Translations under genes and position numbers: made by a program
Source: Candidatus Hodarchaeota archaeon
Lineage (GTDB): Archaea; Asgardarchaeota; Heimdallarchaeia; Hodarchaeales; Hodarchaeaceae
Direction: 5' to 3'
Length of the DNA: 12,403 nt
NCBI GenBank assembly: GCA_016840035.1
Contig: JAEOTC010000177.1
Span: forward strand, 1-12,403
Notes under the pieces: model-generated
What the model was told of the DNA's origin: nothing
Seen by the model: the letters and a program-made list of their open reading frames with translations, nothing else
The model's database searches: none
Shown: positions 1-4,619 of the stretch, one piece after another
Layout: each line of letters begins with the position of its first letter
Numbering within the stretch: position 1 is the first letter of the stretch

Positions 1-2
1 AA

Positions 3-530
3 GTCCTACTGCATATATGGGAACAAAATAACATTCCAATATCGGAAAAATTAAAAAAAACTGCTTTTGAAGTTATGTCATCCTATTTCTCGGATGTTAC
101 ACATCTTGTGACACCATTTTCGGGAGTTTACGAGACTCTTGATTTCTTATATGAAAAAGGTATCCAACTAATCTTATTATCTAATCATAGCTGGGCACCG
201 AACGGATGGGAACTCGTGGAGTATTATGATCTTACACGCTATTTTACGAAAATTATCTTCTCCGCAGATATTGGGTACAAAAAACCCTCACCTAAAATCT
301 TTCACCACATTGTTGAAACCTTTCCTAACTCAGAGCGTTCGAACATTCTTCATATCGGTGATGATCTACACGCAGATATTGGAGGAGCACTTGAATATGG
401 AATAAGCGCTTTGTGGGTAGAAAATTCACGATTTAAGGTGACTAAAGCCAATTATTTACATCATCCAAACTACTATGGAAAAATTCCGCATATTAGAGAC
501 CTCCCAGCTTTTCTAGAAAATCATTTGTAA
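3..530 (+). CDS. HAD-superfamily hydrolase (subfamily IA-like), 5'-truncated by the window edge
   Basis: The frame is open from nt 3 (VLLHIWEQNNIPISEKLKKTAFEV then M at 75), so the true start is upstream of the window. Motif II (LILLSN), motif III (KKPSPKIF) and motif IV (HIGDDLHADIGGA) are present. The DxD motif I is not visible. Confidence 0.9.
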   Translation, partial: VLLHIWEQNNIPISEKLKKTAFEVMSSYFSDVTHLVTPFSGVYETLDFLYEKGIQLILLSNHSWAPNGWELVEYYDLTRYFTKIIFSADIGYKKPSPKIFHHIVETFPNSERSNILHIGDDLHADIGGALEYGISALWVENSRFKVTKANYLHHPNYYGKIPHIRDLPAFLENHL

Positions 531-615
531 GAATCCATAAATCTTTTACAAGCAGGGAGAATCGCGCCGTAACTTCAGAAAAAATATTACGTTTCGAATC
601 TGAACGACTTCTTCC

Positions 616-623
616 TTTAAAAA
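616..623 (+). promoter_or_regulatory. Candidate archaeal TATA box (TTTAAAAA) for the HD/dehydrogenase operon
   Basis: Lies 23-30 nt upstream of the GTG at 646, which fits a leaderless or short-leader archaeal transcript. The AT-rich background weakens the call. Confidence 0.4.
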
Positions 624-645
624 AGCAAGAGAAATAATAATTTGG

Positions 646-1209
646 GTGATAGATGTGCAGACATATGTCAAACAATCTTTTAAAGATCAATTAGATCAAA
701 TTACAAATGAAGAGTTACGTGCAAAAGTCATAGATGTATGTGTTGAGGCCTTACGGCTTGGAAACGATGGTGAAGGATGGACCGATATGGATTTTCCTTT
801 TACTTTACTTATTCCAAACCTGAAAGTAAGTTACGTCGAACATGTCCGCATAGTAACTGATCTGGCCATTCAATCAGCGAAAATTCTGATGGAAAGTGGT
901 GTACCGATAAATCTTGATTATCTAATTGCGAGTGCCATTCTCCATGATGTAGGTAAACCAATTGAGTATGCAAAGAATTCTGACGGTTCTGTAGGAAAAT
1001 CAGATACTGGAAACCGTTTACGCCATCCTGTTACAGGAGCTGGCCTTGCGCTAAAACACGAAATGCCGTATGAAATCGTACAAAATATCTATCAACATTC
1101 TTGGGAAGGGGAACGAGGGCCGGGTCGAACAGCTGAAGGAGAAATACTTCATCGTTGTGATTTCCTCCATTATGGACCCCTAAAGATCACTATGAGTAAG
1201 AACACATAA
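646..1209 (+). CDS. Stand-alone HD-domain metal-dependent phosphohydrolase (HDIG/MptB-like)
   Basis: H...HD...H...H...D pattern: VEHVRIV, AILHDVGK, LRHPVTG, YQHS, HRCD. Alternative in-frame GTG start at 655 with GGTGAT just upstream. Confidence 0.88.
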   Translation: MIDVQTYVKQSFKDQLDQITNEELRAKVIDVCVEALRLGNDGEGWTDMDFPFTLLIPNLKVSYVEHVRIVTDLAIQSAKILMESGVPINLDYLIASAILHDVGKPIEYAKNSDGSVGKSDTGNRLRHPVTGAGLALKHEMPYEIVQNIYQHSWEGERGPGRTAEGEILHRCDFLHYGPLKITMSKNT

Positions 1210-1213
1210 GGAG
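1208..1213 (+). promoter_or_regulatory. Shine-Dalgarno-like site (AAGGAG) overlapping the HD stop codon
   Basis: AAGGAG ends 9 nt before ATG 1223. The 13-nt intergenic gap suggests an operon. Confidence 0.6.
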
Positions 1214-1222
1214 AAGTTAACC

Positions 1223-2359
1223 ATGGGTAAACAATACAAGATTGGATTTCTGCCAGGAGACGGCATTGGAGTTGATGTTCTAGAAGCTTCTAAAGCCATA
1301 CTCGATGTAGCAGATTTTAATGCCGAATATATTCCATTAGATATTGGATTTAAGATTTTTGAAAGTGAAGGTGATGCCTTACCTTCTCGAACAGTTGAAG
1401 CACTAAAAAATTGTGATGCAGCTCTGTTTGGAGCAATTACAAGTAAACCACGAACAGATCCTAGTGTTCAAAAGGTCGAAAAGGAGTTTGGAGTGACTTA
1501 TCGTTCTCCCATTGTCCGCCTAAGACAAGTTTTTGATCTTTACAGTAATATGCGTCCATCAAAAAGCTATGAAGGTAATCCTTTAAATTTCAGAAAGATT
1601 GATGGTACCATACCTCATATAGACATTGTTACTTTTCGAGAAAACACTCAGGGATTATATGCTGGAATCGAATTTGAGAGTTTAGTTCCAGAATTAAAAA
1701 GTATAGATAATTTTAAAGCTTTTCAAGATCGAACTAAAGCTTCTGATGAGGATATCCGAGTGAGTTGCCGTGTTTTTACAAAAGATGGTTGTGACAGGAT
1801 TATTCGAAAAGCATTCGAATATGCTAAAACAACAGGTCGAAATAAAGTTACAGTAGTGCATAAAGCAAATGTGATTCGAGCAACAGATGGTCTGTTTTTG
1901 GAAACTGCAAAAGATATTGCCTCTGAATATCCAGAAGTTGAGTGGTGGGATGAAAATATTGATGCTACAGCTATGTGGTTAATGAAACGACCTGATGAAT
2001 ACTCGGTCATTGTTTCCTCAAACATGTTTGGTGATATTATTACTGACCAAGCCGCTATGTTAAGTGGTGGCTTAGGGTTTGCAGCTTCAGCATCAACCTC
2101 AAAAGATTTCGGTGTTTTTGAGCCTAATCATGGAAGTGCTCCTAAATACGCGGGACAAAATAAAGTGAATCCTATAGCAGCAATTAAATCCATTGCTCTG
2201 ATGTGGGAGTTCTTAGGAGAAGCATCCCTAGCTGAAAAGCTGGAATCTGCGATAGCTGAAAATGTGAAGACTGGAAAAGTCCGTACCTATGATATGGGTG
2301 GATCAAGTAGTACCACTGACGTGGCAAAAGACATCGCAAAAATTTTTGAAGGGAAATAA
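1223..2359 (+). CDS. Isocitrate/homoisocitrate/isopropylmalate (beta-hydroxyacid decarboxylating) dehydrogenase, probably NADP-preferring
   Basis: Family motifs LPGDGIG, LFGA, LRQxFDLYxNxRP, RENTxGLY (catalytic Tyr), VHKANV (catalytic Lys), NMFGDIITD (metal ligands), EPNHGSAP, NPIA and TYDMGG. Substrate is uncertain, so no gene symbol is given. Confidence 0.95.
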   Translation: MGKQYKIGFLPGDGIGVDVLEASKAILDVADFNAEYIPLDIGFKIFESEGDALPSRTVEALKNCDAALFGAITSKPRTDPSVQKVEKEFGVTYRSPIVRLRQVFDLYSNMRPSKSYEGNPLNFRKIDGTIPHIDIVTFRENTQGLYAGIEFESLVPELKSIDNFKAFQDRTKASDEDIRVSCRVFTKDGCDRIIRKAFEYAKTTGRNKVTVVHKANVIRATDGLFLETAKDIASEYPEVEWWDENIDATAMWLMKRPDEYSVIVSSNMFGDIITDQAAMLSGGLGFAASASTSKDFGVFEPNHGSAPKYAGQNKVNPIAAIKSIALMWEFLGEASLAEKLESAIAENVKTGKVRTYDMGGSSSTTDVAKDIAKIFEGK

Positions 2360-2386
2360 TTTCCTTCTTCTCCCTTTCTTTATTTC
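2360..2386 (+). terminator. Pyrimidine/T-rich tract, candidate archaeal terminator
   Basis: TTTCCTTCTTCTCCCTTTCTTTATTTC directly follows the dehydrogenase TAA. Confidence 0.5.
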
Positions 2387-2482
2387 GACTAAATTCGAAT
2401 TTCTAAGTTAAAACGTTTTATTTCATTTTGGTCATCTGTTATCTCATCTAATTAGTCAATGCTTGTAGGTGAGATATATAAA

Positions 2483-3064
2483 ATGGAACCAGTATCGAAA
2501 GAGGAACTTGAAAATCAGATAAGGGAAATCGAGAAAGAGATTTGGGAGAAAGAAAAAGCAGTAGTTAAGCTCAAAAAGGAGCTCTCTAAGACAAAAGTTC
2601 AAGATTATACCTTCACATCTCCAAAAGGAAAAATCAAGCTCTCAGAGCTATTTGGTGATAAATCAGATCTTATTATCATCCACAATATGGGAAAAAAATG
2701 TCCTTATTGTACAATGTGGGCAGATGGATTTAATGGCTTAATTCATCATATAACGGATCGAACAGCATTTGCAGTCGTTTCACCTGATAATCCCGATGTT
2801 CAACATGAATTCGCAAAGTCACGGAATTGGGAATTTCCCCTAGTATCAGCAGAGTCCAATTCATTTACAAAAGACATGGGTTATGAATTTGATGGCAAAA
2901 AATTCATGCCTGGTGTGTCAGTTTTTTATAAAGAATCAACGGGAGAAATTATTCGAACAGGTATGGATATTTTCGGTCCAGGGGATAACTACAACAGTCC
3001 TTGGCACTTATTCAGACTGCTCAAAGATGGAATTAATGAATGGAATCCAAAATTTGAATATTAA
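2483..3064 (+). CDS. DUF899-family thioredoxin-like protein (CxxC) with N-terminal coiled coil
   Basis: DYTF...LSELFGDKSDLIIIHNM, CPYCTMWADG, FAVVS, RNWEFP, PGVSVF and a terminal W-x-P. The charged heptad N-terminus suggests a coiled coil. Start moved from 2459 to ATG 2483 because AGGTGAG (2467-2473) is an SD-like site at suitable spacing. Confidence 0.85.
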   Translation: MEPVSKEELENQIREIEKEIWEKEKAVVKLKKELSKTKVQDYTFTSPKGKIKLSELFGDKSDLIIIHNMGKKCPYCTMWADGFNGLIHHITDRTAFAVVSPDNPDVQHEFAKSRNWEFPLVSAESNSFTKDMGYEFDGKKFMPGVSVFYKESTGEIIRTGMDIFGPGDNYNSPWHLFRLLKDGINEWNPKFEY

Positions 3065-3103
3065 TGTTTTTTAATGAAGAATGGTCATATTATACAATTA
3101 ATA

Positions 3104-3126
3104 AACTAAATCGTGGTTATTTAGTT
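3104..3126. promoter_or_regulatory. 8-7-8 inverted repeat, candidate operator upstream of the histidine kinase
   Basis: AACTAAAT-cgtggtt-ATTTAGTT, ending 25 nt before ATG 3152. Confidence 0.35.
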
Positions 3127-3151
3127 ATTTGTTAACTGGGTGCTTTAGAAT

Positions 3152-4198
3152 ATGTTTCTCGACATGAAGATCATACATTCGGGACCAAAATTTCTTCAGG
3201 TGGATTTAAACCATTATTTTTGGTTCTTCTCAAATATGTTGATGCTAATTGTCGTCAGTATCGGAATCTATTTAGTAATTCTGGGCATGAGGCGAACTGT
3301 GACCTTAAAGACTGGTTCAGGTCCTTGGATTATACTTGGATTAAGTTTAACCCTACCATCCACCGTGAATGAAATCTTTGATGAATTTCAGATAATTGTT
3401 GATGGTAATTTTTATCCTTTAGTTCTATATGATATCATCTTTACTTTTTCTCCCTTATTTTTACTACTCGGAGCACTAGCACTCATTATTGGGTTATATC
3501 GGCAGTTTCTAGTGGGAGAAGATTTGAGTCAAGAGCTTTTAGGGCAAAATGTAGCATTGGAATCTCAAAAACAAGAATTAAGTAAATTCGCTCATACTTT
3601 GAAGCATGATCTCAGAAATGAGCTCGCATTGATCTTATCAACTACTGAACTGATAGAAAGGAAAGGAACGTTTGAAACCGATGAGATCAATTTGATCAAA
3701 CGTAGAACAAAACAGATAACATCTTTACTTAACCGTTCTATAGAACTGGCTGATGCTGGACTCATTGTTGGCGAAAAAGTTGAAGTAAGTCTAAATAAAC
3801 TTCTATTAAAAGTTACAGAAGCTACAATACCCTCATCCATTGTATTTTCAATGGCCAAACTTCCTTCCGTATATGCAGATAAGGATAAATTGTATCAAGT
3901 ATTCAAAAATCTTCTTGAGAACACCGTCCTTCACGCAAAGCCCAAAACAATCGAAGTAGCATCGAAACATACCGTCGAAGAGATCCATATTCATATTACT
4001 CATGATGGGAAACCGGTTCGAGTAGACTTACGGCCAATCATGTTTCAAAATAATGTTACGGCTCATGAAGGAGAGGTAGGGATGGGTTTACGAATTATTA
4101 CACGCATTGTGGAAGCTCACGGATGGCAGATTATGTTAGACAACACAGGAAGAACCGTTAGCATTATTACCCCCCAAGAACCCTCGGTACGTGAGTGA
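3152..4198 (+). CDS. Membrane-bound sensor histidine kinase (about 3 TM + HisKA + HATPase_c), no response regulator in the window
   Basis: Three hydrophobic segments in the first ~115 aa and a coiled-coil linker. H-box FAHTLKHDLRN (His152), N-box QVFKNLLEN, variant G1 box ITHDGKPV, G2 box GMGLRIITRIVEAHGW. The start could instead be ATG 3164. Confidence 0.9.
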   Translation: MFLDMKIIHSGPKFLQVDLNHYFWFFSNMLMLIVVSIGIYLVILGMRRTVTLKTGSGPWIILGLSLTLPSTVNEIFDEFQIIVDGNFYPLVLYDIIFTFSPLFLLLGALALIIGLYRQFLVGEDLSQELLGQNVALESQKQELSKFAHTLKHDLRNELALILSTTELIERKGTFETDEINLIKRRTKQITSLLNRSIELADAGLIVGEKVEVSLNKLLLKVTEATIPSSIVFSMAKLPSVYADKDKLYQVFKNLLENTVLHAKPKTIEVASKHTVEEIHIHITHDGKPVRVDLRPIMFQNNVTAHEGEVGMGLRIITRIVEAHGWQIMLDNTGRTVSIITPQEPSVRE

Positions 4199-4202
4199 GT
4201 GA

Positions 4203-4481
4203 ATGAGTATCAAAGTAATTTTTTTTGGCCCATTAGAACGCTGGGCTGGGAAACGAGAATTTCTTATTAATGGAACCTCAATTCGCGAAGTTTTTGAGAA
4301 ACTAGGATCAGAACTTAATAAATCTCTGATCAATCATTTAGCTCAGCAAGATACTGGAGAAATTAAAAGTCACTTCCATGTGCTTCTAAACGGGATTGAT
4401 ACTGATTCTAAAGAATGTTTGAATATCACTGTAAAGGATGGAGATGTTATAACTATTGTCCCCCCTATTGGAGGAGGTTGA
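4203..4481 (+). CDS. moaD: MoaD/ThiS/SAMP-family ubiquitin-like sulfur carrier or protein modifier
   Basis: 92-aa beta-grasp pattern: IKVIFFGPL, TSIREV, HVLLNG, VKDGDVITIVPPIGGG-stop with a free C-terminal di-Gly. The symbol is meant at family level; it could be SAMP1/Urm1-like. Confidence 0.9.
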   Translation: MSIKVIFFGPLERWAGKREFLINGTSIREVFEKLGSELNKSLINHLAQQDTGEIKSHFHVLLNGIDTDSKECLNITVKDGDVITIVPPIGGG

Positions 4482-4539
4482 GGGTTAGAAGTTTTTACGT
4501 CTTCTATATATCTTAAAGAGTGAACGATTTATAGTTTTC

Positions 4540-4552
4540 AGAAAAATTTAAA
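4540..4552 (+). promoter_or_regulatory. Candidate BRE-TATA (AGAAAAA-TTTAAA) for the vWA gene
   Basis: A purine-rich run directly precedes TTTAAA in the 138-nt intergenic gap, about 70 nt before GTG 4620. Confidence 0.35.
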
Positions 4553-4619
4553 TGAATCACTATCTTCTATAATTTGTAAGCATAAAAAGAATACCATTTC
4601 TTAAGAGATAGATGATTCT

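Noticed and set aside
591-601. GTTTCGAATC, resembling a tRNA T-loop
   Set aside because: The flanks do not form a T-stem and no cloverleaf or acceptor stem can be built.
493-690. 65-aa minus-strand ORF spanning the HAD-HD gap
   Set aside because: It overlaps both flanking genes in antisense and has no recognisable motif.
1723-2025. Antisense ORFs inside well-supported genes (also 3592-3858, 4136-4333, 4673-5008, 5227-5451, 5528-5947, 8537-8731, 9363-9575, 9594-9842, 9742-9945, 10571-10834, 11930-12271)
   Set aside because: These are shadow ORFs opposite conserved CDSs, with no motifs and compositions typical of reverse-complemented coding sequence.
2883-3074. 63-aa same-strand alternative-frame ORF with a CxxC (CLVC) overlapping the DUF899 3' end
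   Set aside because: It is almost entirely nested in a credible gene, there is no sign of a frameshift site, and the CxxC is probably coincidental.
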